Shown: one piece after another, positions 12,035 to 60,888 of the stretch
Numbering within the stretch: the first letter of the stretch is position 1
How the letters are laid out: the number at the start of each line of letters is the position of its first letter
Source: Lytechinus pictus
Lineage: Eukaryota
DNA length: 64,000 nt
Assembly: GCF_037042905.1 (NCBI RefSeq)
Contig: NC_087250.1
Location: 15,998,001 to 16,062,000 of the forward strand
Direction of reading: 5' to 3'
The notes under the pieces: model-generated
What the model saw: only the letters and a program-made list of their open reading frames with translations
The model's database searches: none
Told to the model about the DNA's origin: nothing
Made by a program: the position numbers and the translations under genes

Positions 12035-12823
12035 GAGTTAGTGAGTGAGCCTGATGAGCCTTGTATATACGTGACATGTGTAATGCACTGTCAATTTAGG
12101 AAAAGGGGGAAAAATGATAATCTTGACGTATAAATTTCGATCTTTTCAGCATTTAATTCCTTTGTATATTTCATATGATAATGGTATCATAATATTCAGC
12201 GTTTTAACCGTTTAAAAAAAAGAATTAAAAACGGTCATGCAATTTGGCTGTAATGATCATACCCCGATGCAATAAACCGATTTAAATAAACAATAAAAAA
12301 ATTCGATGCCGTTTTATTACTTTGCCCCCCCCCCCTCCCCTTCTCCCCCCCCCCCCTAACAACCGATGTTCGATCGCGTCCGGGGGCACAATTTTTTTGC
12401 CCCGGGAGACTTATTGCCTATTAAAGATACGCTACTGGTTGTTGATCGCGTTACTGAACGTTGGCATTCTCGAAACATTTGATAAATATATATTCATTAA
12501 AAATGGAAGGGGATGATTCTGATGTCGGGAAGGATGGGCAGGGGCAGGGGTGTAATGAGTCAAAATTGTCCACATTCTTATTACCAAAGTCAAATTTTGT
12601 GATATATATGGACATAATATAATGAACTTTGGACATAAAATAATCCACTTTGGACATAAAAGTAATCCACTTCATCCTTCTGTCTTTTCTTTCCTTCACT
12701 TTTCTCTGTTTTTCTTGGTCGTGAAAATTTTACGGGGCAAGCGCCCCAATTAAGCCCCCCCCCCCCCCCCCATCTGTACGCCACTACGGAGGGGGAGATA
12801 ATTTAGGAGAACTGTTTCCTTAC

Positions 12824-13009
12824 CCCAACAGTGACCGTTTGCACCACCGGTACAGTGTGATGTGGGTATGGAGGGGGAGCTACACCTCCACCACTTGGGG
12901 CTGGGGGGCCTGTGGAATACCCAGCGTTTCCGTACGTATAGGCGTTGTTCCCGCTGGCAGTGCTATCGTATGGAGCGCTGGGTGTTTGGTCGTAGGGGGC
13001 GCTTTTCAT
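12824..13009 (-). CDS. CD225/Dispanin-family protein, first coding exon (Pro/Tyr-rich N terminus with PPPY)
   Basis: TAG acceptor at 13012-13014, ATG at 13009, GTAAGG donor at 12823; 186 nt, phase 0; part of ORF 12803..13111. Confidence 0.8.
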
Positions 13010-14089
13010 TTCTATGTTCAGGATAAAATTAATGAAGAAAACAACACAAATATAAACAACAGAGGAATAATGAATAGAAATGAAGTTCCGTGTAATAGCA
13101 TTAAGCTTCATTAATTGGCATTAGGGTCAAACAAGGAGAACTGCAAATAAGGGTAAAGAGCTTTGACGTCAGCTATATACCTACCGACCGGTTGGGTGTT
13201 TTTCTGTATCGGGGGGGGGGGGGGGGGAGAAGCCTTCTCGTCCCAACAAACAGATAAACAAAAATCACCGCAAAATCATTTGTTTTAATACTTACACACA
13301 AATTTTTCGGTATCATAATATTCATCAAAATTGGATTTGAGATAAAGAAGTGTAACGGTGAAAAATTATTCATCAAATCCCTTTGTAGAATAAATAAATT
13401 CATTTTAAGCTTTCGCTGATTTTCATAGAACGGTTATATATTATACACAACACTGTGATATGCAAATGAGACAGTCGATGATAATCCCTCAATTACATTT
13501 TTATACATAATATGAAATCAAGAAATATTTCGATTTTTTCGATTGCAACAATAATCCTGTAAATCAAATGAGGAATCGAACTTTGTTTCACGACGTGCAT
13601 AACTCTTTATTTTTGGTAAAAATAAGCTAAAATTCAAATTGTCCAAGTTGTTTTTTATAGGCCCTACTTAACAGTGGATTTCGATGAAATTTTCAGCGCT
13701 ATACTTGTTTGCTTTTCCCCTTTCCTTTTCTTCCATCCAAATCCGAGTCTAAGTTTTGTTAATTGGGATGCATGTAATTTCCTGTTAATCAAATGAAATG
13801 AAATATCAGCCTCATTGAACCAATAGCAATAATTTCTGGATATGATTTTAGCTTCCCATTTTGAATTTTCTGTGATTTAGGGGCCATAATGGGAGGGATC
13901 GATTTTCTTCAATACTTGGGGGTGGGGGTGCATACATTATATACCAAGAATGCTTGTAGTATTTAAATAGGATAAGGAACAACGATGAAAGGATTAATAC
14001 CTTGCTTTATAGGCTATGATGTCAGATATATATTATTAAACATGTTCAAACCCCTGCATTTGTAGGCCTATTAAGTAGTTGGTTGAAGC

Positions 14090-14204
14090 TATAAAGAACA
14101 TATAGAAATTGCGTTTTAGCATGCAGGTGCCGTGGCCGGGGATCGAACCCCGGACTTTCATGTGTCGTGTCCCGTGCCTCATACCACTCGGCCACGGCAC
14201 CTCC
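14090..14204 (-). mobile_element. tRNA-derived SINE head
   Basis: Minus strand GGTGCCGTGGCCGAGTGG (A box) ... GGTTCGATCCCCGGCC (B box); deleted second copy at ~11590-11686. Confidence 0.65.
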
Positions 14205-14286
14205 ACGAATAAACTTCTCCACAAACTTAAAAAGAAAAATCCATGTGCACCCCACCTCTTTTGCCTCATAATAGTGTAGGCCTATG

Positions 14287-14431
14287 CACTAGCGTACCTA
14301 CGGGGGGGGGGGGGGGGCAGGGGGGCACTCTGCCCCCCCTGACGAGTCACAACCCATGCAAAAACGTATCTCTGCCCCCCCTGAAGGGCTTGAATAACCT
14401 TTTTTGCCCCCCCCCCTGACGAGCTTGAAGA

Positions 14432-14468
<37 letters not shown>

Positions 14469-14603
14469 TGTCAATTTTTTTTCTGGTACGAAATCCTTGA
14501 TTTGTGATCGAAGACCTTTTTTTTTTTTTTTTTTTTTTTGCTTGTCAAATTTTTTGGCGGACGGTTTTGCCCCCCCCTGTGGAAAATCCTAGGTACGCCA
14601 CTG
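14287..14603 (-). mobile_element. hAT-like MITE (same family as 938-1157)
   Basis: 8-bp TSD GGCCTATG at 14279-14286 and 14604-14611; reverse complement of 938-1157 with internal expansion. Confidence 0.8.
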
Positions 14604-14803
14604 GGCCTATGCGTAGCAATTTCTTGAGATTTCTTGTCATTTTATAGGTGAGGGGGACGAGACGGCCCTCTCTCATAGGCTACTCTACTACCCCCCCCCC
14701 CGTTTTTAGGATCGCCGACCACGCATACAACTTACCCGCCATTTTATTCAATTCAATCAATTTCTGTTATCCTTCCACGAAATATGTTGGTTAATATCCT
14801 TAC

Positions 14804-14890
14804 GTTTGCAGATGAAGATCGTCCGAAACCAACATGAACACTACGTTTCAATAAATAATCTGCCCGAAATACAGCGTCGATATATATATA
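14804..14890 (-). promoter_or_regulatory. Candidate TATA box and non-coding first exon of the CD225 gene
   Basis: TATATATATA at 14881-14890 upstream of a GTAAGG donor at 14803 (minus); the first coding exon starts with a splice acceptor, so an upstream exon is needed. Confidence 0.4.
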
Positions 14891-15123
14891 CGCCTATCAC
14901 TGGCTGGTACAATGTGCCTCTTTATTATGATGAGATGAATTTTGAACTTAACGTCATAATCAATATCTTATCGGGTGCCTTTGATGAGGCATTGCGTAGC
15001 ATCTAAAAATGGATTTGTTTTCTTCATCTTATCACAAATTAAATCTATACAGTCACACTAGCAAAGCCGACTCCAGTGCCCCGTCTTACAAAGAGTTACG
15101 ATTGAACCGATCACCCTCAGCTA

Positions 15124-15372
15124 CACTGCAAAAACCCCGGTGTTGAATTAACACCAGCCCGGAATCTATGATGTCCACACCAGAAAAGTGTGAAACAACA
15201 CTAGTTTGGTTTTGGTCTAACACCAGATAGGTGTTTATACAACACCAATTAGTATTAAAACAGCATTGGTTTGACTCCAAACTGTTGTTGTTTCAATACT
15301 TCTCTGGTGCATGTGGACATACTGTAAATAGATTCCGGCTGGTGTTAAATTAACACCGGAGTTTTTGCAGTG
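15124..15372. mobile_element. Palindromic CAC-terminal MITE nested in another MITE (~15074-15570)
   Basis: CACTGCAAAAACCCCGG...CCGGAGTTTTTGCAGTG, TA TSD; host ends GCCCCGTCTTACAAAG / CTTTGTGAAGACGGGCC resemble 9503-9770 and 52650-52921. Confidence 0.7.
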
Positions 15373-17239
15373 TATATGAAAATCCATCAATATCATAATG
15401 TGTTTTTCTGCAGTAAATCAGCATGTCCTTAGTAAAGGAAAATAAGCACACTGAATTTGCAAGAAAAAATGAAGAAAATGTTTTGCTCAAAACTTGTAGT
15501 TAAGATAGGCTGGCTTTCCACAGTGGTGTTTGACCGGATCGATCGCTACACTTTGTGAAGACGGGCCATGATTGATCAAAACTACAACGAAATTTCTCAT
15601 AACTAATCGTTTTGGAATCTGTATTGACGGTGAGACATGATCTAGCATACATCGCTATAGTTTAATTAACATCATGTCGAACGTGTCATGTAGTCTTTGT
15701 TATTATTTCAATTGTTACTGTTCTAATTATTTGTATTGTCTGATTTTATTATCAATTGGATACTTGAAGTGATATAGGCCTCACGATCGGAAAGGAAGGA
15801 TGGATCAGCGAATGTGATTGCCCAACATAGCAGTCTACTCAATTATAGTTTCATCTGTCTCCTCCTCCATGCACTATAGCGCACAGATGGGGCTTTTTTT
15901 GCTTAACCGCCCCCTACACATACACACACACACACACCATCTCTCTCTCTCTCTCACACACACACACACGCACGCACGCACAAAGATTCACGATTAATTG
16001 AATTAACTTTAGCTAGACTTCTTGGCTTACAAGACTCCGTTATAGCCCTCAGAGAGCACTGAGAGCTATAAAGTAATGTCCAATTCTGCGTGTCCAATGC
16101 ACATATGAGATAATTTTTACTTTTATCACGCACGAAGCAAAAAATCTAATGAAATTTCAAGAAATACGAGTGTGGTAACATATAAACCACGACAATAGAG
16201 AAGTCCTGTAATTTATCCCTTATGTTCAATTGATCGTCTTACAATATTTCTGCCCTATACCCCCTATAAGTTACTAAAGCATCCCTGTACCGCCCCTGGG
16301 GAGAGCGGAGGGGGGCAGCTGTTACACTCCTTTTGCTGATCAATGAGGCTGCCCCCCTGAGCATAGGTCGACATATTATCAATTTAGATATTAATTATCA
16401 TCAAACATAGTTAATGATTTACAAAGGGTGATAATGTAGCTTGAAAAAAGGTATTTCTGCAAGATTTCATGTCATGGTAGGCCTACGTTACAATTTTCCG
16501 TGCATCGTCGATGAATATTGTTTCTTCTGAACGATGTCACTGAGTTATACCAGTGCGCATTATCATGTTAATAGTTATATCTAATGTATCTAATTCGCAT
16601 GACTTTGAAGAGGGAAGAAAGGGAGTAACTTGCAAGAAAATCACACAAAAATAGTTTACTGAAAAAGTTGGGGGTGAACCCTCTAAAGCCTCCCGTTTCA
16701 CGACACTGGTTCATCTTTTTAGTGTATTTTATACAAGCCATACCTTGGCTTTCTCATACACCATTTTCCAATCACGTTAAATTGTACTTTTGTTATGTTT
16801 TCTGCTGTCTGTTTTAACATATTATCCTATTGATTTGTGATTACATGTTTTTATCGATTACGTTGAATTGATTTGGAAATAAAGTTTACCTTTACCTTTA
16901 GTATGTGATCTTTAGTAGGCATTAATTAGTTTAATGAAAACAATATTTGAAAGTGTATACAGCAAAAACTGTGGTGTTAACCGGTGTACATAGAGGACCA
17001 CATCAGTTATTTTACACCGGTGTTAAATTGTCAGTGTTGGTTTAACACCTATAGGTGTTATATAACACCTTTGGTTGTTATATTTCTTTGGTGTTATGTT
17101 TAATCTCTATATAGGGTGTCATTTTAACACCTCAGGGTGTGGTCCTCTATTAACACCAACTACATGAACTAGTGTCACTTTTAACACCACAGTTTTTACA
17201 GGGTAACATGGAGTCTGTACATCTTGAATTTCCATATCG

Positions 17240-17662
17240 TACAATATACAAAAAATGCGCGTAAGCGCGTGCATGCAGGGCCAAATAATGAATGATGTGC
17301 GAGAAGAGCCAATGGATATACCGCACCGAGGTCCGCATATAGGACCGAGTGCGGTATATCCATTCGGCGAGTCGAGCACAGAGTTCATTATTTAGGTCCT
17401 CTTCACAAGAATGCGTGCATTGTTTGTTTTATACAACCCCCCATGTTACTGAGTTGCCCCAAATGCTATATTTTATCTAAATTCTAGATAATTCTAGATA
17501 ATTCCAGACCTTGCACTATCCTGCACTCTGACGTCAGAGTGCAGGATAGTACTTTTGGTATGACGTCAGAGTGCAGGAAAGTGCGTTTTGGATGCAATAG
17601 TGCAATTCGCTGAATATCATGTGATCCGATTTGGACCAATCAGATTCTTGGGAGTTGTATAA
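17240..17662. mobile_element. Crypton-like non-autonomous element with internal palindrome
   Basis: Hairpin ATGGATATACCGCAC..GTGCGGTATATCCAT at ~17312-17364; CCAATCAG..GTTGTATAA end; superfamily assignment is inference. Confidence 0.4.
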
Positions 17663-19463
17663 TCGGCGATGGGGCAGGGCCCTAAGAATTACGAGTTCTT
17701 TTCACTGGGGGTGCTGATGTAAATTTGAAAAGCAAAAAGAAAAAAAAAAGAATTTAGTACAAAATGGAGGTCAAATTGGTCTTGATAAATTTGAAAAGCA
17801 AAAAAAAGTGTTACAAAAAAAAAATGATGGTCACTTTGGTTAAATTTCTAATTTTTGGTTAATTTTTTACACATCTCCCAGAATACCTGGTTGTGCTGCT
17901 AATGGAAAATAAGTCCAATAATACATTTCATTTTTTAGCGTGTGAAGATCACAAAAAAGTAAAATGCCCTTTTTCGATATCACTGATTCAAAAAGTAGCG
18001 GAATGTGTAGGTCATTATTACGATATCAATATTCCACTTTATTCCATTTTTAAAAGGAGAAATATACATTTTTCCGTAAACATAAGCTCCTTTATTATGC
18101 CGAGGTGCCTAAAAGGGACACTTCTCGCCAACTATAGAGACCTCAAATCCGGGAGCGGGGGGGGGGGGGGATGACAGCCCCAAAGATATTTTTAGGGGGA
18201 TATATCGACCCCCTCCCCCGACCCCAATAATTTGGTTACCCTGAAAAATTACAATTCATTTCAAAGCATTAGAATTATAAAACCACCAAACTTGGCGTAA
18301 AAATACTATCAAAGAAACAAAATTGCGCCGAAAAAATTACCGATTTGTTTTAATTTTGCCCCATTGCCACCTCCGAGGCATTGATGGACGCCCCTGTCCA
18401 TCTATCTGTACACAAGGAACGGATCCAGGATTTTCCACTGAAGGGGAAGCACACTTTCCCGAGAAAAAATTGACAAGCAAAAAAAAAGGTATTCACAAAA
18501 AGGGACACTTCTTCTACGAAAATATTTTGCACGGGCCGGTTCCCCCCCCCCCCCTGCATCCACCAGTGCTGTACCGCATGCCTGTGCGCTCACCTCTATA
18601 TTATCCATCCATCCATCCATTTATTATTTTTATTTGGCAGTTACTTTTCTTTAACTAAAATGATTATTTAATTACCGTTTCATTGCTTAAGCTTAAAATT
18701 CATTTGTATCTACAAAGTCTTTTCATCGATTTTACTTTGGGTATGAATCTTGATTATCTGATTTTTAAAAATCATTTGTTACATACTTACTCTTTTTTTC
18801 TTTTTGTTATACTCTCACGTGAACATGATCAATACGCCATGTACTTGGATTCCTTTCAACTTTAAACGTTCAACCGACTGACCCAACACCTTTTTTCTAA
18901 TTTGATAAACGATTAATTGCTTTTTTTAATCTAACATCTTTCTTGGTTTGATAGGTAACCAATTTGTTTCTCCTCATATAACAATGGAAAGGAAATGAAA
19001 TCAAATAAATAAATATACAAATAAATGAATGAGTAAATAAATAATTAAAAAATACTATTTTGATCACCATTAATTAATGAGAGAGAGAGGGAGAGAGAGA
19101 GAGAGAGAGGGGGGGGGGGAGAAGGGGGGGGGGGGGGCAAACAACCCCAAGAAGCGAAACGAAAAACTGATGACATAATGTTATCAGCAAAACTGTTGAG
19201 GAGTACTTCCCGATGTTCTCAGACAAGGTAATAAATAATGTTAATTACAGAATAAAATTAATTAAAGGCTAACTACAAAAGGGGGCAACATTTCGACAAT
19301 CCTGAAAAAATATATGATAAGCACATAACAAGAATAATTTCATTTAATTCTGGCGATCCATGATACGAGGATCCGCATCCTACTTTCTTGTATTCCTTTT
19401 TTTTTTCGGGGGGGGGGGGGGGGCTGAAGCGCTTATTATTCTCTACGATGCACTAATCAGCTC

Positions 19464-19497
19464 CACTGAACTAGAGATACGTATTTCTAGTTCAGTG
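19464..19497. mobile_element. 34-bp hairpin mini-element with 8-bp TSD
   Basis: CACTGAACTAGAGATACGTATTTCTAGTTCAGTG flanked by ATCAGCTC at 19456-19463 and 19498-19505. Confidence 0.7.
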
Positions 19498-19799
19498 ATC
19501 AGCTCTTTCATATCATCGATCTCGAGATTACCGCAGAGGGCGACCGATACGGCTGCAAAAATTTGCTAGAAATATGGCCTCCTTGTTCAGAGCCTTTGTA
19601 AGTCACCAAAACTCGATATCATCACGAAATGATCAATAATTCATTTTTTTCCACCACAACTCTGTTCCGTGATTATGCTTCATAGAGATATATACTAATT
19701 TGTGGTATATATCCCTCTATATTAACCTCACACTAATTGTCCTTGTCAATCTAAAAATTGAAGGACTGAAACTAAAACTAGCGATAAAAGTTCCTTTGG

Positions 19800-20133
19800 C
19801 CAATCACCGCAGAGAAGGCCAGTGACGTAATCCTATTACTCACCGCGCGCAAATTCGACGTTCGTTCTGTGCTTCCGGGGTTCCTATTGACTTTTGTACA
19901 GTCTTTGTGCACGTAGCATATTATTACAGCTAGCCAGCCGCCCATTTTTGTTTACGTGCAATCCATTCATTCATTTTGCAAAGGCTTTGCGTGCGAAAGC
20001 CATTGTTTGAGTGGGGTAGCGTTTGGAATCGAGGCGTCGGAATGCAGCCAACTTTTGACGACAAATACAATTTTCCCGCAATAGATCTTTTACTTCTTTC
20101 ATCACTTGGAAGTTCCTGAGAGATGTATGAAAC
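19800..20133 (+). promoter_or_regulatory. Myb proximal promoter / 5'UTR
   Basis: CpG-rich island with CCAAT (19800-19804), TGACGTAA (19823-19830), E2F-like GCGCGCAAA (~19845-19853), CTTCCGG (ETS-like), and canonical E2F TTTTCCCGC (20071-20079). Confidence 0.6.
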
Positions 20134-55955
<35,822 letters not shown>

Positions 55956-57975
55956 GCTGAAAAATGGCATATCAGGTCATTCCTTTGTTTTACACATTTG
56001 CAGTTCCAAAGGAGCATAAACATTGTATTTTCATCTGACTTCCGATTTTTTCCCCCCTGCAGTAATTCCATTTGGGAAGCTGTTTGAAGTAAGAATGCAT
56101 TGAAGTGCTCTGAAGGGACTATACAATAGATATTTCAGATGATTTCTTCTCTCACAATTGAATAGTCATTCACCTGAATGCCTAAAAGTAGCTTTAAAAA
56201 CTGGTCTGAACCAATGACTTATGCAGATTTCATTTGCGGATTGTGCTAAATTTGGCGTGTATATTGATAAAGCGTCCAATATGGTTCTTGAAGTGACGCC
56301 AGAACGCGACTATTTTGTGTTGCTGATTTTTTTTTTTAAATAGAAATATACAGAACGCAGTTGAGAGCTTGTTTTATCATTCTGGACAACGAAATGTTCA
56401 AATTGAAATGCTTTTACGCTTCGTATCTGAACATGCCCCCAAGAATTAGGAGTGCGCATTTTTATTTAATCATATTATACTTCAAAATACAACACTTCAA
56501 TTTAAATGCTTTATCGCTTCATAACATGTATCCGAACATGCCTTGGCAAATGTTGGAAGTATGTTTGCTCGTAGCTTTCAAGTTTAAAGGTAAATGAAAG
56601 TAATGTATATCTTTGTATATCTTGTATCTTGAGATTGCAGAATTTGATATATTTCTGGCATGCCTCTATTATGAAACTATGTAAATATAGTGTATTTCAT
56701 ACCAGGCAGGATGTTGTACTAGGAAGTCACTTAGCATAAATGGAATCTGAAGCGATCTCTCCAAAATGGGACCATATCCCATTTTGCCATTTTCATAAAA
56801 ATGTGCCATAATTCGTTATATTAATATTTTCAAAAATATGATTTTTATTTCCAAGATAATTTTTCCAAATGAGCAAGTGGGAAATGTTCTCTTATTTTTC
56901 ATTTTTCTTTTTTATCAAAGCGATTTGAGCTCTTGATGTTTCGTCCAGAATAAATAGATATGATCTGTTTTTTAATTTTCTTGACAAACGGTCATCTGAG
57001 ATCGCCTACGTGCAAAACCACATTCATTATGTTAGTAAAATAATCACTATTGATCAGTTTCTAACTATGATACAATAACTTTGATACAACAATACATGTA
57101 ATATATAAAAAAGTACAAGTAAAAACATTTTTTTGATTATCAAATAATATTTATTTATTTGTCATAGACAGATGTAACATGATTATAAACATACATAAAA
57201 AATAATGAAACTCTTCAATCCCTTATAGACAAATAGTTATTTCACATAACTGTATAAATACGTTTTAATACTGTAAATCAACGGTGGTTTCTTTCATATC
57301 AATAATACACAAACAACCATTAAATATAAACTAAATCTGCCAAGCACATATGTTGTTAAGTTTGCAGCTCTCACGAAAATTCAATACATGTATTAGTACT
57401 CTAATAATATCAATATGAACTATATGAATTTAGTGCAACTAATCATTCTAATAATTAACAAAATAAATGCACTTAAGAAAATTTGAACAATAATGTATAA
57501 TTATGTTTTGTGTTCTATTTAATTGGTGATTTGTGCAGTGTTAGAATAGAGTCATAAATCAGGAAAGAAAAACAAAATATAGATACAAAGTGAAGATTTT
57601 ACGTGTGTATTTCAATGATGAAACATTTTCACTAAAAGTGGAGAGCCTGAATCACTACAAAAAAAAATGATTTGAAAATTTATGTTAATGAGATTCTAGC
57701 ATCAAAAGTACTTGATGATAGAGTAGCAACTAAGAAACAAATAGTAAAAGAATTTGACAAATACAGATAGAAGGAGAAAGTTGATCTGGATGGTATGAAA
57801 AGGTAAGAATAATAATGGTATATCATGCTAACCAAGATTTTGTACAGACAATGTTGTGTATATACCCAACTTTTGTATAAATGGCTTAATTTATATAATT
57901 ATTAGTAACTGTAATCGAGTGGACTTTGCTTTTAAGTCTACATGAATTTCCAAATTCAAGAATAGTTGGCTAGAC

Positions 57976-58167
57976 CGCTTCCATGACATTTTATCCGGCG
58001 ACATTGCTCCACTGCAGATTCCACACATTAATGGAATGACCAACTTCAAGCCTGGATTGAACACTATACCCTATCCTAAACCTAACCCTCCTATAAAACC
58101 CTATCTCTATGTCTTAGACGAAATAAAGTCTGGAGCAATTGTCGCTGGAGCAAAAGTGGCGTTACCG
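57976..58167. mobile_element. Short MITE with CCTAA(A/C)C repeats
   Basis: Arms GACATT..CCGGCGACATTGCTCC / GGAGCAATTGTCGCTGGAGC; near-TSD GCTAGAC / GCTAAAC. Confidence 0.5.
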
Positions 58168-60584
58168 GCTAAACCTACATGTACATGCTGTGTTAGATAA
58201 TAATCTTATATAAAATCTTTTATTAGCAGTTGGTTATTTTTTATATTTTTTTTTCTCTTGGTTTAATGTTTTGTTGTGTATATGATGTAAATATTGTAAC
58301 TGCAGATTATCTTTATCAGTGCTATTTTTGGGTTATGAATGTATTTAGTTTATAGATCTTAATTTTACTTTGCTTTTGTTGTGTATGTACATGTATGCAT
58401 TCCAAAGAAGTGGGGACGGGCGACCAGTCTAGTTCAAAAATCTTAAAAGATGATACATTCTTGTATCCCCAAACATCCTAAAACAAACATTGATTTGCAG
58501 GTATTTAGGAAACTATTCTGCTTACATTTCATTTTGTTCAACTTGTACACAAATGTTTAAGGACAAAAACATTAGCATAAGTTTCGATTTTGTTATACAA
58601 TCATTTGCAATATCAATTCTCATCTACAATCACCAGTTTTGCCTTTTGATAGGATTACAAATTTGATAGTGTATTTGTAGCATATATGCTATATATTTCA
58701 TATTGTAAGTGATATGAAACCAATTTTTGAATGATTTGGTTTGTCTAGTCTACACAGAACATGAAACTAATCTAATCTCTTAATAAATCGTCTGTGTCAA
58801 TATGTCATATTTCCACTTTTGTTTGTAATCTCCATTTGCCGATAATGACATCTGTAGTTTTGAGTTTGAAATTGGAATGGCAAAATAATACCCATAGCAC
58901 TGTTGAATATTCTGTTTAATTGAAAAATAGGTCCCATTACCAGGTATTACGTTAGCTGTGTTTAATTTTTCTTTTGTTTTCTGTCTTTTATGCCATGTCA
59001 GTAGACAAAAATCTATTGTTTTGGGGGGGTTGGAAAATGTGAATATCTAGATTATGCTACCTTCATGATCAAAAGTTTAAGCCTTTTGAATATCACTTTG
59101 TTCAGATAGTAGGGATTCTTGTGTTACATAATGAGAATGTCTTCGGGGACGCTAAATGCTACAACACGTTTCAACAGGATGAAACCACCAATCAACCAAG
59201 CCAATTTCCCTTCCACACGTGAGGCAAAGATCCTCTACTCTGGCTGCTGCCTTTTCGTGGAGTCCTTTTGACAAAATAACGTTAGGTTCAGTGAAGAAAA
59301 TAGACATTGGAGCCCTTGTCTATATTGTGTGAGGGAAAATTGCGCTTCATACATTATGTGAAATTGATAAAAAAAACCTATACATGTATGTATTTTGTGT
59401 GTATGATGTGAACAAATACATTGCAGTAACTTTATATCATGGCTATCTGAATATTCTTTTTGCTTGATTTCAATGTATACTAATCGCCGTGGTAGTTGAC
59501 ATTCCAGCAAGATTTGCTATCATAGCAACTCTTAATGAAATGGGGCCCTGAAGAGAGAGATTAACAGAAAATGATTATTTAATACATATCAGAGATAAAT
59601 TGCCACTCTAACATTACAGAAAGCCTGTCTCACACTATGCGATTCGTTGCGATCCGAATTTCAAATTAATTGTGATAACATTTGGTACGAACATTCCAAC
59701 CAATAAAATATTACGGATCAGAGTTCACATTAGTAGTAGGACTACTGAAATCCAAGTTCAGTCCATTTAGGGCCTCCCTAAATGAATAAAAACAAATTCA
59801 ATTCCAAATCGTAATGACATCGCCTGCGACTTGAAGCCGATTTGGACTTTACTCCGACCATATAGGGCTTGCCACAAAAAATATGATTTTAGTTTTCCTA
59901 ACAACATGCCAAACTTTAAATAAAATTTTTCTTCTTGGAACTTTTATATTTAATGCAAAATGTGATTTCTTGAAAAATCGCAATGCACCGGATCACATAC
60001 AACATTGAAAGTAGATAGATATATTTTAGTCTCTGGGAGACATTGCCTGACATGCTGCAATTCTTAGATTTGGCAAACATGATGTCTCCTCTAATCCACT
60101 CGGCAAGGAATGCAGTCTTCCAGAATACTTGGAGTGATGTCTTCCATGGTGTCCACCGGGACTTCTCATGGACACTATTACTATTACAGGTCTGGTGAAG
60201 ACTATCCCCAAAGATAATACCTATGAATGGACATTGTATATTAACTGGAACTGTGGGAATAAAGTCTTTCACGGAGATTACTGCCTTCTGGACATCTGTA
60301 TGTGTTACACCAGCACTCCCCCTGGTAAGATCTCACTTCCAGTCTTTTGGACAATGCTGGTTAGGATAGGTAATGAGAGCCCTGCTTTTAACACCAACAT
60401 CCCTGATTCATGGAAAAATGTCCTCAAGAATTATTAAGGCAATAATTATATTAAAGGATTTTACAGGTACTTTCATTGGTAAGGACTCTGCTCTTTCTGC
60501 CTTTTGGACAATGCTGGCAAGGATACATGTAGATAAAGAGAGCCCTGCATATGATGCTTTCGAAATCAATACCCCTGATTCATG

Positions 60585-60885
60585 GAAAAATGTCTTCAAT
60601 GATTCCTGAGGCAATGTCTGCAAGGATTCCTGTGGTAATGTCTTCAAGAATTCCTTGGGCAATGTCTTCAAGGATTCCTGAGGCAATGTCTGCAAGGATT
60701 CCTGGGGCAATGTCTTCAAGGATCCCTGGTGCAATGTCTTCAAGAATTCCTGGGGCAATGTCTGCAAGGATTCCTGGGGCAATGTCTTCAAGGATCCCTG
60801 GGGCAATGTCTTCAAGGATTCCTGGGGCAATGTCTTCAAGGATTCCTGGGGCAATGTATTCAAGGATTCCCAGGGGAATGTCTGA
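60585..60885. repeat. 24-bp minisatellite (~12 units) directly after the SLC16-like stop codon
   Basis: Unit GGCAATGTCTTCAAGGATTCCTGG. Confidence 0.9.
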
Positions 60886-60888
60886 GGG

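Noticed and set aside
12803..13111. Initial impression of a LITAF-like gene from the PPPY-rich exon
   Set aside because: Downstream exons encode a CD225 domain, not the LITAF CxxC/HxCxxC motif.
14090..14204. tRNA genes at 14090-14204, 26030-26294, 27515-27600 and 51767-51850
   Set aside because: A/B boxes are present, but I could not fold complete cloverleaves and they continue into repeated SINE bodies.
55956..60584. Possible overlap of the convergent Myb and SLC16-like 3'UTRs
   Set aside because: Several AATAAA/TTTATT candidates exist (e.g. 56949-56954), but the cleavage sites cannot be determined from sequence alone.
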